A stretch of DNA of 48,644 nucleotides from an uncultured Acidobacteriota bacterium. Lineage in GTDB: Bacteria; Acidobacteriota; UBA6911. The stretch covers positions 1-48,644 of the forward strand of contig CAWHCF010000033.1 in NCBI GenBank assembly GCA_963827655.1. The letters run 5' to 3'. A model generated the notes under the pieces. It searched no databases. It was not told the origin of the DNA and was given only the letters and a program-made list of their open reading frames with translations. Within the stretch, counting starts at the first letter, position 1; each line of letters opens with the position of its first letter. A program made the translations under genes and the position numbers. This document shows positions 1 through 9,948 of the stretch, piece after piece.

Positions 1-836
1 TAACCCCTCCCCGGAAAAAGTTCATCGTGTTCTAATTAGAGTCGGCCCCCGCCCAAAGGTTTCACCGGTCTGCCCGGGTGAGGCAGAGGTCCGTTGCCAC
101 TGCCATCTCGCGCACGGCGCCCGGCCGGACGTAGTCCTTCACGACCTTCGGGGCGACCGAAGAACTCCAGCGTGGGGTGTGCGCCGGAGGACATCCGCGG
201 TGCCCGCCGTAACCAAGATAGATCCTACAGGAAGAATTCGCTTACTGGTTGCAAAAACGCATGAATCAAGCATTGGCTTTCCTCGCCGGGGAAGGCTTCC
301 CGCCGTCCCGCCAAGCACGCTGTCAGGGCAGGCGAAGCCGAAGCGCCTGCTGAACGCGCGCCCAGTGACCTACGTGCCCCAGTTTTCCGACGCCTCAACC
401 ACAGCTCGCAGCTCAGGCGCCGTTACTGCGTAACTCGATGAAACACCGCCGCATTGCCAGATCACGAGCCAGGCAAAGCACCCTGCGCAAGTCGCAGATT
501 CTGGTGCGACGAAGCAAACGCTACATCGATTTCGGCTTCGACTCAAGCCAAGACCTGTGAACGAGTGGAATCCGTTCAAATCACGGTGAACGGCAGCACA
601 CAGCGGCTGATTCAGCAGGATGACTTGGGCGGCTGCGCAGTATTGATTCTACACGGCGGCGCGCCGACTGTGTTGTCGAACTTACAGAATCCGCGCTCCG
701 CCCCGTCCAATTTATGACTTCGAGGTGGCGTACCGGAGCTGGCGACAGGACCAGCGCGCGCATGTTCGGTGTTGAACTTACTCTTCTGAAACGTTGGATC
801 CTGCTCTGTCACTAAATAGGAGACTTGGAGGTAACG

Positions 837-1800
837 ATGCTTACCAAATTGCTTGTCCCGGTGATCGTGGCCAGTCTCCTGAGCCCTGAGCTGGCTATTG
901 ACCAACGCCAAATCTGCGCCGAAAAGAGAGGTGACCCAAGACGAGAGGCCCCGCTCCGAACCACCAAAAGTGGATGATCGTCGTAACCAGGGCGGCGCCA
1001 GTACCGGCGCAATGGTGGCTACCGGCGCCGCCTCCCTGGCAGCGGGTCTCTTGCTCGGCCGCCTGTTCTCCGGCAGCGGCAAGACCGATCCCGTAAATCT
1101 CCTCGACGAAAAGGGACCGCAACTGCCGCCAGCGTATCTGATGAGCTCGTTCACTGTGCGAGGATTCGTACGGGGTAACTGGCCCATTGTTGTCGAATAC
1201 ACGGCGCCAGCGGGCACGCTTCTTTTGTTGACCATCGCATCCGACGCAGGCGTGGAGTTCAACTACCGCCTACCCGCGCTCGGGGGGCGCCAGCAACTTA
1301 TGACCGACATTCCAGCGGAGTTCGGAGCTGAGCCAAACCCGGCAACCTACACGATTCGGGCGATGGTCGACAATCCGAACGGCGGGCCAACTGGCTCCGT
1401 ACCCTTGCGCATTCACGGTTTGGGCGCGGGAGACCGGGCAGTCGGCTCTGTCGGCATCGACCAGGTAAAATTCTCACCGTCGAATATACGGAGAAAGGAG
1501 GCTGCGCAGTACGTATTTCGCGCGCACCACGCCTTTCCGAAGGTGATCGCTGAGTTCATGGCTGTCAACGGTCAGAAAGGCTTTGTCGATGTGCTGCTGC
1601 AAGAGAGCACCGAACACAAGGACAGAGTCAGCACAAATCGGGAGAATCGCGGTAACTGGAGCCCCAGGAAGAAGGAAACCCGAGGCAATCACTTCGTGCA
1701 GATTCGCGGCTGGTTCTCTATCAAGGAGGTGAACAACCAGAAGCAAGGTGGCGATTGGGTTCTGGCCTGGTCGGATGACCTTGTCAACGTATCGGAGTGA
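837..1800 (+). CDS. Hypothetical secreted protein, probably frameshifted near 883-897; beta-rich C-terminal part
   Basis: GGAGG RBS precedes ATG 837, which opens a signal-peptide-like MLTKLLVPVIVASLLSPELA. The long 300-aa frame (898-1800) is +1 to it and blocked upstream by TGA 880-882. Its stop lies 3 nt before the TIR gene. Confidence 0.6.
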
Positions 1801-1803
1801 GCC

Positions 1804-3183
1804 GTGGCCGACCGAATCTTCATCAGCTACCGTCATGAAGATACGTCGGGATATGCTGGCCGCATCCAGGACCGGCTGAGCGAACGCTATGACGTCTTTC
1901 GAGACGTTTTGGGCATCCGTCCCGGCGAAGACTTCGTCGAAGCTCTCGAACGCAAGTTGAGCGACTGCCGGGTGCTGATACCCGTGATCGGACGGCGATG
2001 GCTAACCAGCGCCGATGAACACGGGAATCGCCGCCTCGATCAACCACGCGATTTCGTGCGGCTCGAGATTGCCGAAGCGCTCCGCCGAAAGCTCAAAGTC
2101 ATCCCGCTGTTTGTGGATGGAGCTGTCCCTCCGCGAGAGGAAGAACTCCCCACCGACCTTGCGCCGCTCGCGCGGTGTCAGGGCATCAAGGCCTCCGATA
2201 CCGAATTCGACAGCGCGATGGTTCGCTTGCTGAAAGAGATCGCGCGTCAGCTAGGTCCAGGTCGCAGCAAGCGCGCCCTGATCGTGGCATTCGTAGTCCT
2301 GACGCTTTGTGCAATCAACGTAAGCGTGTACTGGATGGTCCGGCCTCAGGTTGTTGTGAGCCCGACGGTGAGCGTGCCAATTGAGAGCGGCTCGCTCGAA
2401 ATGAAAGGCGCAGAGGTTCCGGAAGGCCAGGACTTGCTCGCGTTCCAACAGTTCGAAAGGGACAGGGTATACGTCAACGCGGATTTCAAATCAGCACGGC
2501 TGTCGGCCCGCACAGCTCTCGGCCTGAACCTGCCGCAGGAAATTCGCCGGATCTCGTACCTCACGAGAGACCCCGAGGTGGAGGGCGAGTTGTGCCGCAC
2601 CACGTTCTACCTCGCGCCGAAGAAACATGGCGCCCCCCTCGACCTTAGGTTCGCGCAAAAGAGGACTCCCGGAGTTACGTTTCGGAACTTCACGCTCATT
2701 TCGCAGACCACGCCGATCATCGTACGAATCAACACCGTGTCGTCTACGGGTGCCCAATCCCGCGGACCTGGCTGCGCTAAGTCAATTCAGGTTGGCGACG
2801 ATGCCAGGTCTGTAGGCCAGCTCCCGGTGACCATCGAAGTGGAACCGGGTTCCGAGATGGATTTCACGTTCGTACCGCAAACGGGCGATGCATCATCTTA
2901 CGCGAAAGCATCGTTTCCAGTATTCAATCTCGTCCCCGCTCTCAACGTCCGCAGTCTGTCTCGTACGCCGGATCTGCTGCTGGAAGGAAACTCGCTCGCC
3001 GTCGAAAGAATCGAAGTAAACGACGACTCGCTAACGATCAAGGCAAAGGGAAGCGGACAAGCGTTTCGGCCGTTGGATCGAACGAAACCTCTGATCTTCG
3101 CAGCCCTGGCATTGATCGATCTATGTACGTTCGCGTTCGTCTCGATCCCAAAGAAGCTGCGCCTGTCTGTTCTGCATCGCTAA
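1804..3183 (+). CDS. TIR (TIR_2-type) domain membrane protein with two predicted TM helices
   Basis: N-terminal IFISYRHED...VFRDV..I.PGEDF...LIPVIG..W...DFVRLEI..AL...VIPLFV TIR signature; hydrophobic segments ALIVAFVVLTLCAINVSVYWMV and LIFAALALIDLCTFAFVSI flank a ~250-aa beta-rich region. Confidence 0.85.
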   Translation: MADRIFISYRHEDTSGYAGRIQDRLSERYDVFRDVLGIRPGEDFVEALERKLSDCRVLIPVIGRRWLTSADEHGNRRLDQPRDFVRLEIAEALRRKLKVIPLFVDGAVPPREEELPTDLAPLARCQGIKASDTEFDSAMVRLLKEIARQLGPGRSKRALIVAFVVLTLCAINVSVYWMVRPQVVVSPTVSVPIESGSLEMKGAEVPEGQDLLAFQQFERDRVYVNADFKSARLSARTALGLNLPQEIRRISYLTRDPEVEGELCRTTFYLAPKKHGAPLDLRFAQKRTPGVTFRNFTLISQTTPIIVRINTVSSTGAQSRGPGCAKSIQVGDDARSVGQLPVTIEVEPGSEMDFTFVPQTGDASSYAKASFPVFNLVPALNVRSLSRTPDLLLEGNSLAVERIEVNDDSLTIKAKGSGQAFRPLDRTKPLIFAALALIDLCTFAFVSIPKKLRLSVLHR

Positions 3184-3475
3184 AACAACTCTGTTGTGCC
3201 ACGTCTTTTTTGAGCCTTTGGCTTTATGGAACTACTGTTTCAGGTTACGGCGCGATTAGGCTGCGACGGCCAATGTCCGGCGCTACAGCGTGCTCTCAAA
3301 GTATGCTAAGCATTCTAAGGTTGAGTCCTGAACAGTCTCGAGGGCTGGGACCTGTCGTTAAGAAGGGCGGAACGTCGAGCGACCGGGTCTGACTAGAGCC
3401 GCTCTGCCCTACGTTAGCGTATTTATGAACCAGGACCTGGCCTCCAATCAACCGGGAAAGGAGCGAGTCCGGCAA

Positions 3476-4381
3476 TCACAATTTTTTGTCTGCCTGGGGC
3501 AGCGGCACGCTCGAAAGTCCACCGGGAGTGACTGTCAAGTAATATGCGCCGCGAAACGGAGCTCCGTCGGCATACGTCAGTGGAAAGTATCCGGATTCGA
3601 GAGTCGCGCTCTTAACCCACCAGTTTTTCTCCTCCTGATAGTACATATCCTCCCAATATTTCCAGAACCAGGCCTGGACAAGTTCGAGCCTGGGATCTGT
3701 CACATGAATCTCCTGGGCACGATGCGGAAAGTGGTTAAACCGCCCGGCGGTGATGTATCCATTGTGGGCATACTCGAGGCGGCACAGATTCCGTATTCCC
3801 ATGGCATTCAGAACCGGGCGGAAACGGATGACTTTGGCCTTGACCGCCACCTGATCTCCATAGACGAACAATTGAGCCACCGGTCGTCCATCAGGTGTTT
3901 CAAATTGAACTTCGTGCGCTCTCAGCTCCTGTTTTTGAAACGCTCCATCGGGAGGTTTCCATTCCACTATTTCTTGCCGCCCTCCGCCGGTCATCGTGAC
4001 TTTCAGCACCGGATGGTCTTCCGACAGAAACAGGAAACCCGAGATCATGAGCGCGATCAGAGAAGCGCAAAACAAAAGCAAGACAAGAACGGTCTTGGAC
4101 AGAAAGAGAACAGGCCTGGCGCTGTAAGGCTTTCTCAGGCGGTGCATTGTTAACAGAACGGCCGGAAGGGCGAGAAAAACAAAAGGAAGCGCCAATTGCC
4201 ACCGGTTCTCCGGAAATCGTTGTCCAAGGAAGACCAGAAGAACGAGCGCAGACGCACCAAAACAGAGCGCCAGAACGAAGTCCAGCAATCGGATCAGAAG
4301 AGGCTTGGATTCGGCGATCATCAACACAAACGAGCGCAGCGCCAGAATCACGAGCAGGAGAAAGCAAACAGCGGCAAACAT
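3476..4381 (-). CDS. Hypothetical membrane protein (about 4 N-terminal TM helices plus a soluble C-terminal domain)
   Basis: 301-aa ORF with four hydrophobic stretches in the first ~120 aa and protein-like composition; overlapping + strand ORFs read as shadows. Confidence 0.7.
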   Translation of the reverse strand: MFAAVCFLLLVILALRSFVLMIAESKPLLIRLLDFVLALCFGASALVLLVFLGQRFPENRWQLALPFVFLALPAVLLTMHRLRKPYSARPVLFLSKTVLVLLLFCASLIALMISGFLFLSEDHPVLKVTMTGGGRQEIVEWKPPDGAFQKQELRAHEVQFETPDGRPVAQLFVYGDQVAVKAKVIRFRPVLNAMGIRNLCRLEYAHNGYITAGRFNHFPHRAQEIHVTDPRLELVQAWFWKYWEDMYYQEEKNWWVKSATLESGYFPLTYADGAPFRGAYYLTVTPGGLSSVPLPQADKKL

Positions 4382-4651
4382 CGCCTGTCACGATACCACA
4401 GACAATATTCTTCTCTTCACGTCTTTGGTCTTTGAAGATTAGCGTCTCATCACAAGACTCAATCGGCGGCTGCCGGAAGGGATTCGACCGCTCCAATATA
4501 TGCCCACAATAACTTCAGACTCTTGCTTCGCCTCGGCATACTGGGTACATTCCTAACGGCAGCAGTTGGCCGTTCGGTCGGCGCAGTCCTGGATCGCTAT
4601 TTGGGCCGCACAACGCCCCCGGGGATGGTCACATAAGATTGTTGAGCCTGG

Positions 4652-6895
4652 ATGAAGAAACCCAACAGAAGTGCGCAGCGGATAATCGTGGTCTCCAACC
4701 GGCTTCCATTCACGGTGACGGAACGCGCGGGTGAACTGGTGTTCGTCGAAAGCGTCGGTGGTGTCGCGACCGGATTGCGATCGTGCCTGACAAAACTGCA
4801 GCAGTGGGATAACGAGTACCTCTGGGTCGGTTGGCCCGGCAGCACGATCGGCGACAGCCTGCAGTCAACCGTGAAAGACCGCGCACTGGCCGAACACCGT
4901 GCCTATCCTGTCTTCCTCACTGAAGAGGAGATCGAGAACTTCTATCAGGGATTCTGCAATAAAACCATCTGGCCCCTCTTCCACTACTTCCCCACCTACG
5001 CCAGCTACACGCAGGAATACTATGAGCACTACGTGAGAGTGAACCAGACGTTCTGCGATGCGCTACAGGAGGTTGTCCGGCCCGGTGACCTGGTCTGGGT
5101 TCACGACTATCACCTGATGCTTTTGCCGAGATTGTTGCGGGAACGCTTTCCCAACGCCGGCATCGGATTCTTTCTTCACATCCCGTTTCCCGACTACGAG
5201 ATTTTTCGTCTCCTCCCGGGCCGATGGCGGAAGGAGATCCTGGAAGGATTGCTCGGGGCGGATCTGATCGGTTTCCACACTTACGACTATATGCAGTACT
5301 TCGTCCGCTCCGTCCTTCGGATCCTCGGGCACGAGTCCAACGCGGGGCAGATCTTCCTGGACGATCGTCTGGTGAGAGTAGACACGTTCCCGATGGGGAT
5401 CGACTTCAAGAGCTTCCACGAGGCTGCGCGCAGTCCTGAAGTCCTGAAGGAGAAGGAGGAAATCCGCGAGCTGCTGGGCGACTCGAAAGTCGTCCTGTCA
5501 GTGGATCGTTTGGATTACTCCAAGGGCATCATCAAGCGGCTCGAAGGCATCGAACGGGTGCTCGAAGCAAACCCGGAGCGGCACGGACGAGTCACAACCA
5601 TCCTGGTTGTCGTTCCTTCCCGCATCGGCCTCGAACACTACGAGCTGATGAAGAAACAGATCGAGGAGCTGGTCGGAAAGATTAACGGAAAGTTCGGCAG
5701 GATCGGCTGGACGCCGGTCATTTACCAGTACCGTGCGCTCTCGTTCGTACCGCTGGTCGCGATGTACGCATTGAGCGATGTCGCGCTGGTCACGCCCTTG
5801 CGCGACGGGATGAATCTCATCGCCAAGGAATATGTCGCCAGCCGGCCGGCAAAGACGGGCGTGTTGATTCTCAGCGAAATGGCGGGCGCCGCGAAGGAAC
5901 TCGGCGAAGCCATCATCATCAACCCCAACAACCACGAAGAGATCGCCGACGCGCTCATGGAAGCGTTGGACATGCCGTTGGAGGAACAGGTCAGACGTAA
6001 CCAGGCTATGCAGGATCGGCTCAGGCGATACGATGTGGTTCGCTGGGCAGAAGACTTCCTTGACGCGCTGATCGCCGCCAAGGAATCGAGCAAGAATTAC
6101 CTTGCGAAGGCCCTGGGACCGGGCGTGTCCGACCAGCTTTTTGAAGACTATCACAATAGCGCAAGTCGATTGTTGCTGTTCGACTATGACGGGACGCTGG
6201 TAGGATTCGCCAAGCAACCCCATCTGGCCAAACCAACGGAAGAAGTCCTCAAGATCCTTGAGCGCCTGGGCAATGATCCCTCCAATAATGTCGTCCTCAT
6301 CAGCGGCCGGACCAAGGACAACCTCGACGAGTGGTTCGGCACGCTGCCGATAGGTCTGGTGGCTGAGCACGGCGCATGGCTCAAGAGCGGCGGCGAAGGC
6401 TGGCGGATGCTCAGGTCGATGCCCCATGACTGGAAGCCGAAAATTCGACCGATCCTTGAGATGTACGCCGACCGGGTTCCAGGATCGCTGGTCGAAGAAA
6501 AAGACTACTCTCTCGTGTGGCATTACCGCGCGGCGGATGAAAGGCAAGGGAAGACCGCCGCACAGGAACTGACGGACGACCTTCTTTCGTTCATGGCCAA
6601 CATCGACCTGCAGGTTCTTCAGGGAAGCAAGATCGTAGAGGTTCGGACCTCCGGCGTCAACAAAGGGGCCGCGGCAAGGGAGTGGGCTTCCAAAGGGACC
6701 TACGATTTCATCTTCGCCGTCGGAGACGACTGGACGGACGAGGACATCTTTCCCATCCTTCCCGATTCAGCTTATTCAATCAAGGTCGGATTCAGCGGCA
6801 CACACGCCCGCTACAATATCGCCAACCCCAAAGAGGTCGTCCGTCTCCTCGCACGATTGGCTGAGCGGAGATCGGAGTATCAGGATTCTCGGTGA
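4652..6895 (+). CDS. otsAB: Bifunctional trehalose-6-phosphate synthase/phosphatase (OtsA-OtsB fusion)
   Basis: GT20 motifs VVSNRLP, WPLFHY, WVHDYHL, GFFLHIPFP, DRLDYSKG, RDGMNLIAKEY; C-terminal HAD motifs FDYDGTL, ISGR, AEHG, GDDWTDED. Confidence 0.96.
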   Translation: MKKPNRSAQRIIVVSNRLPFTVTERAGELVFVESVGGVATGLRSCLTKLQQWDNEYLWVGWPGSTIGDSLQSTVKDRALAEHRAYPVFLTEEEIENFYQGFCNKTIWPLFHYFPTYASYTQEYYEHYVRVNQTFCDALQEVVRPGDLVWVHDYHLMLLPRLLRERFPNAGIGFFLHIPFPDYEIFRLLPGRWRKEILEGLLGADLIGFHTYDYMQYFVRSVLRILGHESNAGQIFLDDRLVRVDTFPMGIDFKSFHEAARSPEVLKEKEEIRELLGDSKVVLSVDRLDYSKGIIKRLEGIERVLEANPERHGRVTTILVVVPSRIGLEHYELMKKQIEELVGKINGKFGRIGWTPVIYQYRALSFVPLVAMYALSDVALVTPLRDGMNLIAKEYVASRPAKTGVLILSEMAGAAKELGEAIIINPNNHEEIADALMEALDMPLEEQVRRNQAMQDRLRRYDVVRWAEDFLDALIAAKESSKNYLAKALGPGVSDQLFEDYHNSASRLLLFDYDGTLVGFAKQPHLAKPTEEVLKILERLGNDPSNNVVLISGRTKDNLDEWFGTLPIGLVAEHGAWLKSGGEGWRMLRSMPHDWKPKIRPILEMYADRVPGSLVEEKDYSLVWHYRAADERQGKTAAQELTDDLLSFMANIDLQVLQGSKIVEVRTSGVNKGAAAREWASKGTYDFIFAVGDDWTDEDIFPILPDSAYSIKVGFSGTHARYNIANPKEVVRLLARLAERRSEYQDSR

Positions 6896-7179
6896 CGCTG
6901 AAGTGTTCGTCGAACCAATACCGCCAAGACACGAAGAAACATTAAGAGGTTTACTCCGCGCGAAGCGCCGCAACGGGATCGACCGACGACGCTCGCCGGG
7001 CCGGCAGGTAGCCTGCGATTAATGCGACGGCAGCGAGCAGCACGGCCGCCGCAGCAAGCTGTCCCGCCGGAACATTTCTCCGAAGAGAATCGTTCGGTCC
7101 AAGCAGGGTCGGGCTCGGACGCTCCTACGGGAAAGTGGAACGAATTACACTAATTTTCATTGGCCAAGGAGACTGAACA

Positions 7180-8214
7180 ATGCCGCTCAAGAAGTATGGT
7201 GTATTGAAAGGACACGTGATCGACACCCAACCTGGGACCGGTTCGAGTCCACACTATCAGATCGACGTCGTGGCTGGGGATACACGGTATCGCATCGCGG
7301 TGAACGTGAAGTCGCAATTGGCGCCATCAGAGCTCTTGTACCTGGTTGTAGAAAACTTTCAACACCCTCTCACGGTTAGCTTGTCGCAACTGAGTCAGGG
7401 ATTTTCCGAAGTTCCACGCCGCCCGGGTGGCGTCGCGCTGGATTTCATTCGCGGCAATCTTTTTCAGCGCACCCAGATGCGCGCCCTGCCGCATAGCGTG
7501 CCGGGCCCTGACAACGATCTCAATGAAAAGCTCGATGCCTATGTCCAGCGCGCGATTGAGGACGAAGACGCAACCATCTATGCCTTCGGTGAGCGTTGGG
7601 GCCCCGAACCCGATCAGCGCGACCGATACTTTGGATTTCTGCCTGGAAACGGTGTTCACGACATCCACATGAATCAAGGCAATGTCGGTCGATTTATCGA
7701 ACAGGACGGTGTATGGCAGGACGGCGGGTTAGTTCTGCATTATCCTGCAATGATCGGGTCCAATGGAGAATTAGTATTCCCCGAACAGTGGGTGGGCGTG
7801 TTTCTGGCCTTCCAGTCGCAAGCATGGCATACCGACGACGTCACCGGTCATACCCTTATGCCTGACCAGCCAACCGATGAAGAACCGGATGGGCGCATTC
7901 GCATTGTGGGAGCGCTGGTTAATCCAACAGGTGATGACGTGGGGCGCGAACGGGTAACGCTGTTGAACACGACTCCCGAGGCGGTTGATCTTAAAGGATG
8001 GTCGATCGCCGACAAGAACAAACGGAAGACCGCGCTCACTGGCCCGCAGCTAGGTCCCGGCGCCACTACGGTTGTCGCACTGTCTGGCGAAGGCGCACAA
8101 TTGTCGAACGACGGCGGCATCATCACGTTGCTCGATAAGCAAGGACTCAAGATCGACGGCGTTTCTTACACCAAGGAGCAGGTGGCGAAGCAGGGCTGGA
8201 CAGTTGTCTTCTAG
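7180..8214 (+). CDS. YukJ/DUF2278-family protein with C-terminal lamin-tail-like domain
   Basis: MPLKKYGVLKG start, PHYQI, NGVHDIHMNQGN, WQDGG, FQSQ motifs; tail ALVNPTGDD...ERVTLLN...LSNDGGIITLLD; AAGGAG RBS. Confidence 0.85.
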   Translation: MPLKKYGVLKGHVIDTQPGTGSSPHYQIDVVAGDTRYRIAVNVKSQLAPSELLYLVVENFQHPLTVSLSQLSQGFSEVPRRPGGVALDFIRGNLFQRTQMRALPHSVPGPDNDLNEKLDAYVQRAIEDEDATIYAFGERWGPEPDQRDRYFGFLPGNGVHDIHMNQGNVGRFIEQDGVWQDGGLVLHYPAMIGSNGELVFPEQWVGVFLAFQSQAWHTDDVTGHTLMPDQPTDEEPDGRIRIVGALVNPTGDDVGRERVTLLNTTPEAVDLKGWSIADKNKRKTALTGPQLGPGATTVVALSGEGAQLSNDGGIITLLDKQGLKIDGVSYTKEQVAKQGWTVVF

Positions 8215-8498
8215 TTGACGGTGACACCAGACGCCGGGATTTTCGATCGCAAACCAGGCATCGTCCTCGGAATCAATCGCGCGGTACTTCCCATGCAAAT
8301 CCTCCGGCTGGGCACCGTCAGCTGCAGAATCCTACATCCTTGAATTCGCTGGATGTTTTCCCGTCTGGCTGCTGCCGGCCAAAGTCTCCCTGGTGGGAGT
8401 TCGTGTACACCGGTAACAGAGTCGGACGCCGCAAGGCGGCGATCGAGTCGTCCAGGTTGCGCCCAACCTCGTCGATACCCAAACCGATCTCACCAACC

Positions 8499-9608
8499 TC
8501 AAACTTCCGAATTCACGGCCTGAATCAATGCCTTGATATAACCATAGCCGAAAGCAAAGGACTGCAGACCCCCAGGGTCGTCAGGATGACGCGGCATATG
8601 ATCAGGACACATCGCGCCCGCAAACTGCGCGTCTCTGAGAATTCGCATGATCTTGAAAAAATCGAGCTCCCCTTCATCCGGAAACACTTCCTCGAAATTG
8701 TGCAGTCCTCCGCGGATGTTGCGCATATGTATCTGGTGTATTTTCCCTCGTTCGCCCAGGTATCGGACAATAGGGAGAATCTCCGTGCCAGGTTTCTTTA
8801 ACCCCTCACTGGTTGTCCCCAGACACAGTTGAAATCCGTTGTAAGGGCTGTTGACGATCGATTCGTATCGTTTGATGGCTTCAAAAATTGACGGGGAATC
8901 CCAGTTATCGGCGCCTTGATAGCCGAATGGCAGGCCGGGGGGATCATAAGGATGGCAGGCCATTCTCACATCGTATTGTTTGGCTACCGGAATGGTTTTC
9001 TCGAGGAAATAGGTGATGCGCTCCCAGTAGTCTTCGGAAGTAACCCTGCCTGATTCTCCCACAGGCAGATCTTTCCAGTTGTCCTCAAGCTTGAAAGCAG
9101 AGTAGGTGACTCCGCCTCGTCCCTGTGTCTGCGTGTTTCGCCTTATCGGGATCACGGTCCAGTGATACGTTATTATCTTGACGCCCACGTCGGCCGCCTT
9201 CTTGATATTTCCAATTATGCTGTCGAGCTTGCGATCACGTTCCGGCCCTTTTCTCAGCTTGATATAATCGGAATCCATTCGTATAGCTTCGAGATTAACC
9301 CCGTACTTGTCACAATTGTCTTTCATCATCTTCAGCTCATCGGGATCCCAGCCGCCGTCCTGAGAACGTTTTCTCACTTGTACGGTGAGGTGCCTGACCC
9401 CATGGCGCAGGTTGAACTCCAGGTTTTGCTTTGATGTGATCTCGCCTCCGGCAACGCTATGGTAGTCGCCACCAACATGCATCAGAGTATTCTTTTTAGG
9501 GACACGCGCTCCTTGTGCTGAAACAGACCTGTGGGTGGCCGAGCCGGCAACACAGGCTCCGATAACGGCGCCAACAAGGTTCTCACCAAACTCTCGTCGC
9601 TTCATCAT
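8499..9608 (-). CDS. Mannonate dehydratase (UxuA)-family protein with Tat signal
   Basis: WERITYFLEKTIPVA, MACHPYDPP, SPYNGFQLCLGT, IHMRNIRG, EVFPDEG, PDHMP, FAFGYGYIKAL motifs; AGGAG RBS before ATG 9608 giving MMKRREF. Confidence 0.88.
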   Translation of the reverse strand: MMKRREFGENLVGAVIGACVAGSATHRSVSAQGARVPKKNTLMHVGGDYHSVAGGEITSKQNLEFNLRHGVRHLTVQVRKRSQDGGWDPDELKMMKDNCDKYGVNLEAIRMDSDYIKLRKGPERDRKLDSIIGNIKKAADVGVKIITYHWTVIPIRRNTQTQGRGGVTYSAFKLEDNWKDLPVGESGRVTSEDYWERITYFLEKTIPVAKQYDVRMACHPYDPPGLPFGYQGADNWDSPSIFEAIKRYESIVNSPYNGFQLCLGTTSEGLKKPGTEILPIVRYLGERGKIHQIHMRNIRGGLHNFEEVFPDEGELDFFKIMRILRDAQFAGAMCPDHMPRHPDDPGGLQSFAFGYGYIKALIQAVNSEV

Positions 9609-9948
9609 CCCTATGCTCCTTCGTTTAGTCGGGGATTTCCATTCCGCACCTTGGGGATTTGAGTGCATCATAAGCCAAATCGCGAGCGGTTGCCAAAGAG
9701 TCCGTTGCCCGGGCCGCGGGGGGATCTGGCTATGGCCAGGAAGAGCCGGATTCTCAGGCGGCCAGGCGCGCGGTCTCGTGAAAACGGTAACGTATTCCGG
9801 TGGCTTTTTGAGTGTGCACACCGTGTCGGCCGAGAGCGAGGAGCCTTATCGCCAAAACGCCGACCAGCCGGTGGTATGCGCTTCCTTTACCATGAGCGGG
9901 TGTTGTCGCGCGATTGGATGACGACGAGCTCGAGGGAAATCGGGCGGA

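Noticed and set aside
1-780. Short ORFs on both strands at the window start
   Set aside because: No recognisable motif, RBS or consistent coding frame; may be decayed sequence or the upstream region of a gene outside the window.
8499-9821. Long N-terminal extensions in the ORF track (9821, 29631, 32647, 40950 starts)
   Set aside because: Downstream starts fit the family N-termini or Tat signals and have an RBS or -10 box upstream; the extensions read as non-coding.
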